The position numbers and the translations under genes are program-made. Positions 34,701-46,502 of a DNA stretch of 60,302 nucleotides are shown here, piece after piece; positions within the stretch are counted from its first letter, which is position 1; every line of letters starts with the position of its first letter. The notes under the pieces are model-generated. The model ran no database searches and was not told the origin of the DNA. It worked only from the letters and a program-made list of their open reading frames with translations. Source of the stretch: Halocafeteria seosinensis (taxonomy: Eukaryota); the NCBI GenBank assembly GCA_001687465.1, contig LVLI01000066.1, positions 62,001-122,302 on the forward strand, given 5' to 3'.

Positions 34701-37700
34701 ATTAGAGTGCCGTTGAGCCCCAATGACTTAAGCACCGTTACAATCGGAGAGAGACTGGGAGTATATCCAAACCACGTTCCGAAACTATCCTCCTCTCCAT
34801 GAGGTATTGTTTTCTCGGCTGCTGGTATAGCCCCCAAGCCGTATGGTTCATCGATAGAAGTCTCGGGCAAGTAAGCTTCGGTACCCGGAAAACGCCCATT
34901 CTTGATGACATCATTTGGCAAAGGCATTCTACATGTACCCGAAGTAGACAACAAGATAATGGCCGAAGGTTTTTTGTTCTTGATGTGGGAAATTGTGTTG
35001 AGCACACTCAGCAATTTGGGGGACTTCATAATGACCTCTTCAGCTGTTGGTAATCGAGATGGATCAACCTTTTTCTGCCCGTGCTGCCCTCGAAGCTGCC
35101 TATAAACTTTCTCCCGTTCGGCAGAGATTTCCTCCGAGAAGTCCAAATCAGCCCTGATTAAAACAACCTTTCCAACAAGTGATTCCTTCTTCCGCAACGC
35201 ATTTTGTAGAGAATCTTTAGGGGACCTATGGACGAGTTGTTTCCCTTGAGAAGACCATACGTGTCGCTGTGGGAAGCCCAATTCTTGCCAGATATCAGCC
35301 CCTGTAGTGGGAGGGGTCAGCTGATTGATACCGGAGAGATGACGAGCATATACGGAGAACGAGCCTAGCATTTCTCCTAAAAATTTGCGAACGTTATCTG
35401 AGAGTGCCTGCCGGTAGGAGTCCGCTTCTCCAGAACTTCCCCCTTGATCGCCTGCTACAATTTCTGAGGGCTGTTCTTTCTTACCCTTGCCGCTTTGGGG
35501 TTTGCCTTTGGAGGAAGGCTTCTTACCTTTCGCACTTTTGTCTCCGCTGCCCTCCAGTAAACTGCGGTTACGGGAAATCAACCAGAGGGCACTGTTAGCC
35601 CACCTTATACCACGATCTACAGATGCAAGTCCAGCTGGCAATACCCTCAATAGGGCTTGCTCTGCCATACCTGTCGCCGCAGTGTCATCGAAGTCACAAC
35701 CGGCAACCTCGTTTTGGCCGTAAACTCTCCTCACGGCCGAGTCAACTGAAGCCGTAGCTCCAATATACGCCGCTTTACTCTCTGGTTGATACGACACATC
35801 TTCACCTGATATGTTGTAATCACCACTTTCGTATTCCTCAAGAAATTGTGACTCAGATTTATTCTGCTGTTGTGCCCATTCACGAGCCATCTTATCATCT
35901 GCATTTGTTAGATCTTTACAAGCAGTAATACCACTTGCAAGACAAACATGCAGGTCCTCAAATTTGCTGCTTGCCTCATCGGAGTCGTATTCACTCTCCG
36001 ACGGCGATTCTATCTCCTCTTCACTTTCCTCACCTGCGTCCGAGGCCTGTTGTTTATCAGCTGATGCCTTCGGTAAGCCGACACGCGCTCTCACGCGTCG
36101 TTTCGCCTTCCGCCACTTCCTCCGGCGGCGAACGTCTTCTCTCAAACGAGCCATTTTGGCATCGTGGTGGCGTTTCCACAAGGCAAATTTGCCTTCAACT
36201 GCAAGCACCGCAGAGTCACCATCTGTATGTCCCAACTCAGGAGTAACATCGAAATCACGTAGAGGCAGCTCCTCTTTTTGACGGCATGCTCCTGCAAGAA
36301 GGGGAATACTCTCCGCCAACCTGAGCAGCATTGATTTAGTATATTCCTCTAACTGGTGACGTTCACGGTGTCGTTTGCTTCGAGCTTGGGTGATAAGCAG
36401 TCCAAGTCGGCTTTTGCAAGAAGCATGAAAGGACCTGACTTTCTTCCTAATTTCTTTATCTTGTCTCGAGACGGATTCCTCTTCAGTTACAGGCGGTTCT
36501 TTCCCTTTCCCTTTTCCTTTGGATTTCGGCGTCTTTTCTCGCTTATCAGACGGGGCAGCTTCAGCGTCCTCTTCTTTTGGTAGTGACTCCATCAGCTTTT
36601 GCATTACAGTCTGATTATCTGATGTAATGAGATTTATGCCAAGTAAAAGACTTGATATACTTCCATCCCAGGTTTCTTCCGTGCCGATTAGTTCATTCAC
36701 TTGTGCGTGCAGCTGCTCAAATTCATCATAGAGCTCAGGTTTAAAAGCAAGACCCGGATTCAAAGCAATGAAAAGCCTCCGCTGTTTATCTCGGATTTGC
36801 TCCTGAGTCGGTGGCTCAGGGGGAGGCTGAATCTGGCTCAGGACTTCATTCAAAACCTCTTGCGCCACTCTTTCAGCAGCTCGATCGGAAAGCCGCTGAG
36901 AAAGGTCTTCTCTCTGCGGAAGAGAATCGTCTTCTGCGATAGCAATCCCGCGCAGAGCGATTCTTATTTGATTACCGTAATTTACTGGCGGAGCGGTTTC
37001 AAGAGCCCATGTCTCCCTGAATGTACCAGAGTCGTAGCTGCGGAAATAAAACGTCAGCTCCTCAGATGTCCGCGGGAGCAGACTGCCTCGCATCTGTCCG
37101 CACGTAAAGCGCGAAGGCACGATTTCACTGCTGTCGGTGCCCGCAAAGTTATCGTCTCCTACACCGAACATGCTACTCCGTTGTCCACCACCAGAAGAAC
37201 CTCGGCTTGAGTGCCGTGAACGCTCACCATGCAAAGGACTTGTGCCACCTGGGTCTACTCTTCGCCAGGAAAAGTAGACTGCACAATCGCTCTGATTCAC
37301 TAAACGAATACTGGCGTGGGCAAGAGTCATGTTAGCACTACCTAGACGGGCCTTCCGGCGCTCTTCCAATAGTGATCCACCCGCGTGGCACTTCAAAACT
37401 ACCCGCGGCCACCCTCTGGCCAGTTCCACGGGACCAGTAGCAACGCTGCTTGTTTCTTGTAGCTGGTTCGCAAAGTCTCCAAGATCCGGTCCATCTGGTC
37501 CTGTTGAAGCACCCTTGACTCCCGAAGGAGTAGTTGCATCCTCTACAATTTCGGCAACGAGTGAGGGGAGAGTCCCGATACCGGATGGACCCTCCAGCGT
37601 CTTTGAAGCCGACACACCTTCGACATTCAAAGTTGAACTGCCCTCGATAGTGGCCTCGTCATCCTGCTGCTCCGTCGTGGGAACTTCTTCGCGAGAATTC

Positions 37701-38785
37701 GAGTACTTTTGGGCCCATTGAAACAAAGGTACTCCGATTGCTACTAATTCGCCCATATCAATGTCAGTGGGGCGATAAGGCTTAAGTTTAGCCATGCGTG
37801 GTGCCAGCTGTTGCTTCCGTTCTTGATATACTGGATCGTCCCACCAAGTCCTTGGCTGATGTTTCTTCTTCTTAATGTGCCCTTCAGTAACATCCTCCTC
37901 TACTGACTTATGCCCTAATTGATCTGTCAGACTGGCGAGGGGTTCTTCTAGGCTGTCTAGTTCCATGCTCTGCGCCAGTTTGGTGGACGCCATAGCAGAT
38001 TTTTTCTTGTTGAGGGGATGGCGAATGGTTTCCCGCATCGGCTTCTCTGTCTCTCTCACAGGAACATACAAACCGCTGAATTCATTACCAACACGGATAT
38101 ATCGCGTCGATCCACCACGAAGAGACATTTCCCACCCTTCGGTAGAAGGGTTATCATCTTTAGGTTTCGCTTTTTCCAAGAGGTCTTTTTCTTCCATGAG
38201 TTCTCTGTACCCCTCGGAGCGTTTCACGATGGATTCATCAGGATGGCGCTTTACCGAATTCGACAACCTTTGCTGAACCATGTCCCATTCACGCAGCCGA
38301 GCTTGATACAGTTTACGGCTTCGTGCTTCCCGTTGAATGGCCGATTTTTCAAACGGCTGCAATCCTTCCAGGCTATCTTCCTCCTCTTCTTCGCCCTGCA
38401 GCGGTGGCTGCGGCTGACTGGAAGACGAGCGAGGTTGCTCCGCCGTCTTGCCGTGAGTTGATTGGTCTTCGAATCGCACATTCCCACCACCACCACCACC
38501 GCCACTGGAGGTGTACGTCGGTGAGGATACTGGAGGTCTTCTTTGCTGCTGTGAGAAGCTCGATGTAGATTCCAGGCTGTCGCGCGTCTGCACTGTCCAT
38601 TGCTCGATCTGTCGATCCGGTTTGGGAGGACTGGAAATGTGACTGGACGGGCAAAATTCTTCATCCTCGTAGAGGACATCAGCTAATTCCCCCAAATCGC
38701 GGTTCTCGTCCGCCGTCTTTACTCGTCTCGCGCTCGATGACGGAGACGCCGACCGAGCCAGTCTCTCCGAATACGGATTCGACAT
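31787..38785 (-). CDS. MYCBP-associated protein (MYCBPAP/FAP147-like) fused to a degenerate phosphoglycerate kinase domain
   Basis: MYCBPAP-like motifs WEMSLRG...VGNEFSGLY, VYFSWRR and SYDSGTFRETWALETAPP. PGK-like motifs GKVVLIRADLD, VLVIENL, LADVVVFDA, VCVLGG, RIVLGG, PVDF and LDIG. After intron 32082-32144 the last exon reads TVVWAGPLG...GALTVVAG...GIVPPG. Confidence 0.8.
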
Positions 38786-39831
38786 GTTCCAAACTATCTT
38801 ACACAGAAAACGGAAGAGAAAAATATCAATCAGGGAACGTGTAAGAGCCTCTTAAAGTCCTACTGGAACTTGGCCCCGTCCTTTAACGGTCAACCTGGCA
38901 ATTTTGTGAAGCTCGTTGTTGTTTCCACGTCGCAAACCAAAACTGGGTGAGAAGAAATCGAAAACGATAACCGCACAGACATTTACGCAGACACATTATT
39001 GGTGGGAAATTTTCTGCAAACGGAGGTAGGTTAGGTTGCACGTACACGCTTAACCAGACATAGTGTTGTTTGTACTCGAAGGCAGGTTGGCTAACTTGTG
39101 CGAGCAAAAGAGTATTACAACCAGATAATGTTGTACATCGTCCAACCCACCTACATGAAAAGACATGTGTCCGTTATTAGTCATAGTTGTCTTTAAGTAG
39201 CTCATATCTACATCTACAGGCACTGGATCTGTTCCAGAAAATACCGGTATGGTATGGCGTATTCTCCCCTATCAGCCTCTTCCCGTCGCTACGCTCTATG
39301 TAGCGTCTGTCTTGACAAACATCCATCGACTCCCCTAGTGCAGTGCTTGTCTTTTATGCAATAAATTTGTAGTGGCCACTCTATCTACTTTGACCTGCAG
39401 AAGATCCATCCACCACCCACTACAACCACTGGATGATCAGCCAGAATCCCTCTCTTGATTCACATCACACACAGTACGACGGACTAGTTTGCTTGTGCAA
39501 CAGTTCTCAATGATCCTCTTTCGCATTTATTTGGCACATAGTAGCCAAATTTTTAGCGAAGTGAATAGCGCTCCCGTGAGAGAACTCCGTGTGCGTTCGC
39601 TTTCTTCCACAGCACCTGCTCCATCGAAATGAACGTGCTCTATGATGGCTGTGTCTGGAAATTCCGACCGGAACGCGATACAATAGCTATGTACAATCTA
39701 GCGCATATGCATTGCATCAGATACGACCCATCTCTATATGTTTGCGTCAGCCCATTTCCCATACTATGGCCCCCTGCATCCTCCAGGACGGCATTAACAG
39801 TTCCATCATCAGTCTTTCATCCTATATCCCA

Positions 39832-40132
39832 TTAGCCTTGTTCGCTCTCTTCTTCATCATCATCCGTTTGTTCCTCCAAATTTGGAAGCGTCTGCGCAGA
39901 GCCAACTAGCCAGAGAGTAATATTCAGCTCTTGCGTACCGCCAGAGTGGCGATACTGTACATACCAAATCAGGTTTCAAAATATGGTGCACGCACAGGTG
40001 TCCAAGGTATGCAGCGGCGATCCCAGTAGAGTAAAAGAGGACGAAATGCCATGATTTAGAGAGCCGAAGAAGATTAGCTTGATTGCGATTTCGTTGCCAT
40101 TGACGCCAGTTCTGGAGCACTGTCCGGATCAT
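39832..40132 (-). CDS. BRAWNIN/UQCC6 (C12orf73)-like mitochondrial microprotein, 2 exons
   Basis: Splicing intron 39892-39964 gives ...GIAAAYLGHLCVHHILKPDL|TLPNLEEQ...*, which matches the family motif GAxxVHxxYxPDLTIP after one TM helix. Confidence 0.7.
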
Positions 40133-41064
40133 TTCCCAATTTATTCACTCGCTCTTCCGTCCGAAACAAAGATGGTTACGTATTTTGACACGGGTCGGCA
40201 CTCTGTATCAAACAGTGAGGTCCGAGTCGGAATCGCCCCAAAGACTGTATGCATCCATTTCATTCTGCCGTCCAACCCGGTTTGTGAAGGTGTTGAAGGT
40301 GCGGAAGGTGCGTATACCTACATTTCACGACAGTATACAAGCTCAGCCAAGCGGCCGCCGCTACTGGATTACTCCGCGACGGCTTTGTTTCCATCCTATC
40401 TAGTACTTGTAGCCAGTGCTTCTTTCAGGCAGGACTTGCCGGTGTACTCCGGAGCAGAGTCGGTCGTTGAACCGACGCGAAATCGTTGGCGACTAACTTG
40501 GTACCTCTATGCAGTGTTTCTGCGCGATTCCTCCATATGACATGGATTGCTTTCGGAAAAGGATTCGTACGATATATCTACGGTGAGTCCACTTTGGTTT
40601 TCCAATTATTCGCTTTTCTCTTCTGTCTACACTGCCGGTATGAAAAGGTAGAGACTGGAGATGAGGGCAAACTCGCAAGGGATGAACGGATGAAGTTGCT
40701 CGACCAGACGATAAGCAAGTGTGGTAGTCCGACATCTATGTTATGTGCTTGCGAGTGTGATTCAAGTTTGTTCATTAAAGCCCGGTACGGCGTGCACCTC
40801 CACCTTAAGGGAGGTTTGGTTTGCCCGTTGTACATCTCAAGATGGCAATATTGCGGCACAGGACGGAGTGTTTGGAGATGCGATGAAGTGAAGTGGGGGA
40901 ATTAGAAATGGTGGAAAATAGTCGGACCTGTGGTATGTTGTTGCACGCTCTTGGAAGGGAACTCCCAGCCCCCGACTTTGAATGGCCAGAATTACGTATG
41001 GTTCACCGCCCTGTGAATGAATGGAGCTGTTCATGCAGATTGTATGCTCTAAAATGAAAAAAAT

Positions 41065-42501
41065 ATGGCCTCGGCTAATAGACTCTCCGTAACGCTGGTA
41101 CTATGGCTATTCGCCATATGGACATCGGACTGCATACAGGCCAACCAGCCAGAAACAGTAGATATCCGGGAAGACATCATTGAAAGTGCTTTCCAATACA
41201 ATGACTTATGTATCGAATATGATGAAAGTAAAAAGAGTTTTCGACAAACCTGTGATAATGTTTGGCCCGGCCATGTATACATTTCACTCCACTACGGCGA
41301 ACTATTCGATGGTAATGACCATCTCATTCATTTGGATGGTATCGACGACTTTGAGGGATTGTTTACAACAAATCATGCATCGGTCGTTTCCTTGAGAGAT
41401 GCTCCTTTGATCATGCGGGTACATACTAGAAATGGGAGCACAAGCTACACTGGAGGTTTCATCGTTCAGTCGAACCAGCAGTTCTTTAGAGTTGCCAATT
41501 GCAGCTCCAGTGGCTTAATTAATGGCTGGCACATGGTAAATGGAGACGGCGAGGGTGGTGGGGGCATATGTGGACAGCAATGTGGACAAAACGGAGGCTT
41601 CAGAATCTCCTATTCATACTCAACCGCGGAGATTTACGGAGGTAGAGCAGGAGGCATAGTTGGACAGCGAGCAGCGAAAGACGGATTTGCGGAAATATTC
41701 CGATGTCACTCCACAGGAGATATTCTAGGGTATAACGCTGGAGGTATTTGTGGTGCCGTAACGGGAAGGAGGGGTCGTGTTCTCATTCAGCAGTCCTACT
41801 CTACTGGTCTGATTGGTGGGACAGGTTCCGGAGGAATCTGTGGAGCATCAGCAGCACTGGAGTCAGAAGGGAACGTGAACATCTCTGAATGCTCCTCGCA
41901 TGGGGACATCTCGACATTTTTTTGCGGTGGTATTTGTGGTCAAAGCGCCGCGGCATTTGGTGGGTCTTGTACCGTATCTGATTCCTACTCGACGGGAGGA
42001 ATACGCGGAGAAATGTCGGGAGGAATATTCGGTGGGACCGCTGGGGCTAATGGAGGTACGGTTGTGGTACTGAATACGTACTCTAGTGGTAGGATGGCGC
42101 TTAACATTCATGACAATGCTACTCTGGGTAGAGGAATAATTGGAGCTATTGACTCCGGAATATTTGAGCTACCTGACCTAGTTGATGTACGACATTCGGT
42201 TTACAACGGGGAAGGAGTTAATCCGATAGCAGATATTACTACGGATCCCTTCAAAGGGAAGGGTAATTCCGCTAGCATTATCAATATTACCGGAAGGCTG
42301 TACTCAGTTAATGGCGTTCAATTGTGGAGTGATGAGAAATGGATTGTGCCCTCCGAGGATGCTCTTCCCGTCTTGCGGTTTCAGTATTCTTCATCAGAAC
42401 CACGAACTTTCCCGTCAACACCTTATAGGGGGAAACAAGTTGTGAAACGTACTATCAGGATTTCGAAAAGCAAAAGGCATGATACCCCGCAATTGGGATG
42501 A
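41065..42501 (+). CDS. Secreted Gly-rich repeat (GLUG-like) protein
   Basis: Signal peptide; about 7 repeats of SYSTGxIxGxxxGGIxG; intronless. Confidence 0.75.
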   Translation: MASANRLSVTLVLWLFAIWTSDCIQANQPETVDIREDIIESAFQYNDLCIEYDESKKSFRQTCDNVWPGHVYISLHYGELFDGNDHLIHLDGIDDFEGLFTTNHASVVSLRDAPLIMRVHTRNGSTSYTGGFIVQSNQQFFRVANCSSSGLINGWHMVNGDGEGGGGICGQQCGQNGGFRISYSYSTAEIYGGRAGGIVGQRAAKDGFAEIFRCHSTGDILGYNAGGICGAVTGRRGRVLIQQSYSTGLIGGTGSGGICGASAALESEGNVNISECSSHGDISTFFCGGICGQSAAAFGGSCTVSDSYSTGGIRGEMSGGIFGGTAGANGGTVVVLNTYSSGRMALNIHDNATLGRGIIGAIDSGIFELPDLVDVRHSVYNGEGVNPIADITTDPFKGKGNSASIINITGRLYSVNGVQLWSDEKWIVPSEDALPVLRFQYSSSEPRTFPSTPYRGKQVVKRTIRISKSKRHDTPQLG

Positions 42502-43088
42502 ACAGCCTGTGATATTAATTGGGGGTGTTGCAGAGCGTAGAAATATGCCCATCCGTGGGACTTAATGGAGTGACCAGAGCCAAGTGCGAGTGTGGTGTCG
42601 AAATTTCGAATGCGGCGCCGATATGATACAGTCGGGGTGAGTCAGTCTCATACCGACTGGCGATCGCATGCAGAGATGATTGAAGAGACGAGTGACACGG
42701 ATATCTCGCCTAAAACGATTTCCACGGATGACGCTCTTCATTAAGGCAAATATAAACAGGCGCACTGATTCCGTCATCCTCATGGTTTGCATTGGCTTTG
42801 CCGCAACGACCTTCATTTTTGCACTAAAAAGTACCACTAGCCTCTACTTTTCTTCTACACCTACCCAACCACCGGTGTAGCACGTCCCACATACACTGTT
42901 GGGTTCCTAAAAGTACCGGACCGGATCCAGACCGGCCCGGAATCGGTCCGAAAACCCGGAAAGACCATCACTCCAAGCCATTCCCCCATCTTGTAGAGGC
43001 TTGTATAGAGGCTATACACGCATTTTTTGGGTCCTATTTTCTTTCTGGGGGTGATCAAGTGTGCTAAAATTGTTTATCGGGGGAGAAA

Positions 43089-44226
43089 ATGGCGAGTGCA
43101 GGGCTGATTGTGCTCATTATAGTGCTTGTCATTGTCGGATTTTTGGTCATTTTCGGCATCTATAAGTCCATTAACGTCGTCCGAGAGAAGCAAGCCGTGG
43201 TTATAGAGCGGCTAGGGAAGTTTAAGGCAACCTTATCGCCTGGCATTCACTTTATCATCCCGTATTTGGACTGGCCGCGGACGTATACGCATAGATATTA
43301 CGTCAGGTATGTCGTATCCGAGTGTCGTTTTGGACCGAAACAGCCTTATTTTGATGCTTTCATGGCCCTTGCAGTGACAATTTCGGACGCACAACGCTCG
43401 TTCAGCATGTCAATGAGACGAAAATCAGCCAGCAGAATGAGGTCATGGATTTCCCCAAGCAGGAAGTCATCACTCGCGATAATGCAACGATTACGTTGGA
43501 TGCACTGTTGAGTTACCAGATCGTGAATCCCAAAGTGATGCTATACGCCACCAAGAATCTGCCACGTATGTTGGCTAAGCTGCTTCAGGCGCAACTAAGA
43601 AACGTTGCGGGAACTTTGGACGTGGATCAGATGATCGAATCCACGGCGGGGTTGAGCCGTGTCGGAGCGGAAATGCAGCACATTGCCAACAGGTGGGGTG
43701 TACATGTAAAGTTTGTTAAAATCCAGAATGTAAATGCGGGAGAACTGAGAGATGTGTTGCAACGAAAGAAGAATGCCGATCTGAATAACAAGCAAGTGCT
43801 TATCTCTGCGAAAGCTGACAAGCAGAAAATGATCACCCGGGCCGAAGGTGAACGAGATAGTATGCAGAATCAAGCCCAGGGTGAATCTCAAGCTGAGAGA
43901 GCCAGAGCACGTGGTGATGCAAAGGCTATTATTAATGGTGCCCGTGCTGAAGCGGAATCGGTGCGAGAAGTCGCAAGAGCAATCGGTCGTACGGGTGAGA
44001 ATCCCACGAAGTATTTATTGGCATTAAAGTACATCAAGGCACTACAAAAGGTCATGTGGCAAAATGGGACGAGTATCAGACTGCTACCCAACCAGACCGC
44101 ATTCCTGCAGACTCTTCAAGGTAAGCAACACCTAAGAAGCGTAATTTCACATATTACTATTGGGATCTTTTTAATTGCACAGGCTTCGGGCTCAATACGG
44201 TATTACCTTCCCAATCTGCAAAATAA
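43089..44226 (+). CDS. SPFH/Band 7 stomatin-like protein, 3 exons
   Basis: N-terminal TM; VIERLGKF...PGIHFIIPY; QEVITRDNATI; AEGERDS...AQGE. Introns at 43307-43374 and about 44121-44182. Confidence 0.9.
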
Positions 44227-44341
44227 TCTACCGGGAAAATCATTCGTGGATTTGCCTTTGCGGCACACATTATTTGGGTGGTCATGTATACAACTGTTGA
44301 TCGCCTGTCCTAGTTTCTGTTGAATGGACAACAAGTGCTCC

Positions 44342-46502
44342 TCATATCACACACAAGATAGCAACGCCGATACCAAGAGCGTCTTTTAATACGCCTGAAT
44401 TGTTCAACTTTTCAGGGGCTCTCTTCCGCTTCCTTCTGTTATTGTCTTCATCGTGACGTGCTCTGTAGTCATCGTCCCTCTTCCCGCACTCCGAGGACAA
44501 AGCTTTGATCCCTACAAGTTCTGCGGCAGTGATGATATCCATACCCTTCCTATAAATATCAGTAAGTTCTTCTCGCATATTCTTTGCCTGCTGTAATCTC
44601 CATGAAATTTGTTCCTGTGAACTGTCTGTAGCCTTTAATGCAGTTATAATTGAGTCAAACTGTTCACGAATTCCTTGAATTTGCAATACAGTGCCCTTTA
44701 GTAGATTGAGATTGTATTTGCATTCTTTCCACGAGTCCTGGATATTTTCGGAAGCTTCAAGTGGCAATATCCTTTCAAGTGTCTCCCAGCTGTCTTCAAA
44801 ATAATTGTCTGGTTCCTCTTCCGCTTCTTCACTTTCCTGGGCATCCAACTGGTTTCTGGCTTCGCTTTCCCAGCGTTGGTACTCATCGTAATCGAACTGC
44901 CCGGACTCATCCACAAAAACACGATAGATGTCAATATCGTCACCCACTTCATTTTGCCTACCCTCCTCATCGCTGGACGACCAATCATCCTCCCTCGTGA
45001 GGTTCTCATGCTCGTGCTCGGTATGGTCTACCTTTTCACTGGATGCTGCATCGTCACCCGAATCAGTCTCTCCGGGGAAGCTATCTGATTCCGAACAATT
45101 AGAAACAGCGTAGCGAGGATCAATAGCAAATGCACTAGAAGATTTTCCTTGTCCTTCTTTTTGTTCGTTTTCTCTGGGTACAGGGGATTGCTTTGCCTCG
45201 TCCTCGGATTCGCTCAAACTAGGGAAGGCTTTCATCAAAATGCCGTAATAGCGGGGACCCAAAAGAGCTTGGATTAAATTTAGAATTTCGCTGGAAAGCT
45301 TGTTGAATCTACCGATAAGTGGACTTTTCTCCTTTAGTCCTACTAACAATTTGCGAACCGCTTTCTGCTGCGACTTCATATCGGCATCCTCAGCAGATTG
45401 AGTTCTCACTGGGCGTTTTATGATACCTTGGTTATATAGATAAACCAAAGCCAAACTAACGTTAGATATCTGTTGGAATTGTTCTTCAGACCATCTCTTT
45501 AACATATTTGCTACGACTTCCTTCATATCGACCTGGAAAGACAAAAGAAAAAAATACTGATCGCCTACTGAATCTTGAGGGGTTTGCGCGATAAGTGACA
45601 TACCGTCGCTTTCTCATTGTACTTGTCGGGAAGCGCTTTTATGCAGAGATTCACAAGCTTCTGTAAACAATCGTAATTAATTCTAGTTAGGGTTGCACCA
45701 AGAATCTTGCAAATACACACATACTTGAATGCTATTATCTACTCGCCTGAAAAACAGCGTAGTTCCCTTTCTGTTCCGTTCACTTCGGGTGACTACAGCG
45801 TCAATACAACGCACCACGGCAAGCTTTTCTTCTGGTGATTTCGACTGCTCAATCATCCCTATCAGTAGCTCTGAGGAGCCGGAAGCGTCCGTCATGGACG
45901 AATTGACCCGGTAAATCAAGTGCTCCAACATCGAGTTGAAATGCGTTGGAGTCTCTGAGTCTGTTTGACCGCGAAACACTTCCTGTATCGAAATCTCGAC
46001 ATGGCCATCATCTTGTGCACCCTTCTCCTGAGAAACTTCAGAATGCTTCGTAGATTGCTCGGAAGCCTTGTGTGAGCTTGCACCTGCAATTAACAGAGGT
46101 CACTAATTCCAATTTCCACGTTCAACATGCATTGCCAGACTCACCTCCTCCGGAAGCTTCACGCATTTCCAGTACACTGCGATGAACGACATCCTCAATG
46201 GAAAGCGAAGATGGGTCTTCTTCTTCTTCTCTTCCTTCTGCATGCTCCTGTGCCTTCCTATTACGCTTCTTGCTCGGTTGTCTCCGAGAGCCCGACGAAG
46301 GTGTCCCTCCTTTTTTCTGTTTCCGGCGAATGTACCGAGAGCGCAGTTTCTTGATAATAACTTCACGTGTCGTCCCTACAGCCACTGCCGCGGCTGTAGG
46401 ATGGCTCAAAGATGAAGATGAAGACGATGCTGGAATGACGGAGGATGAAGTCGAGCTCGCATTCCGGCTGTTGCCATGACGTCCTGTCGATCGCGCCGCC
46501 AT
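44342..46502 (-). CDS. Multi-exon protein with a VHS/ENTH-like helical domain (UVSSA-like, tentative)
   Basis: ORFs 46122-46502, 45683-45979 and 44342-45601 can be joined by introns. KLAVVRCIDAVVTRS...MLKRWSEE...SLALVYL resembles the UVSSA N-terminal VHS region, followed by an acidic region and a coiled coil. Confidence 0.5.

Noticed and set aside
40172..40905. Possible small multi-exon gene divergent from the BRAWNIN-like gene
   Set aside because: Splice-like signals are present, but I could not build a consistent model or recognise a product.
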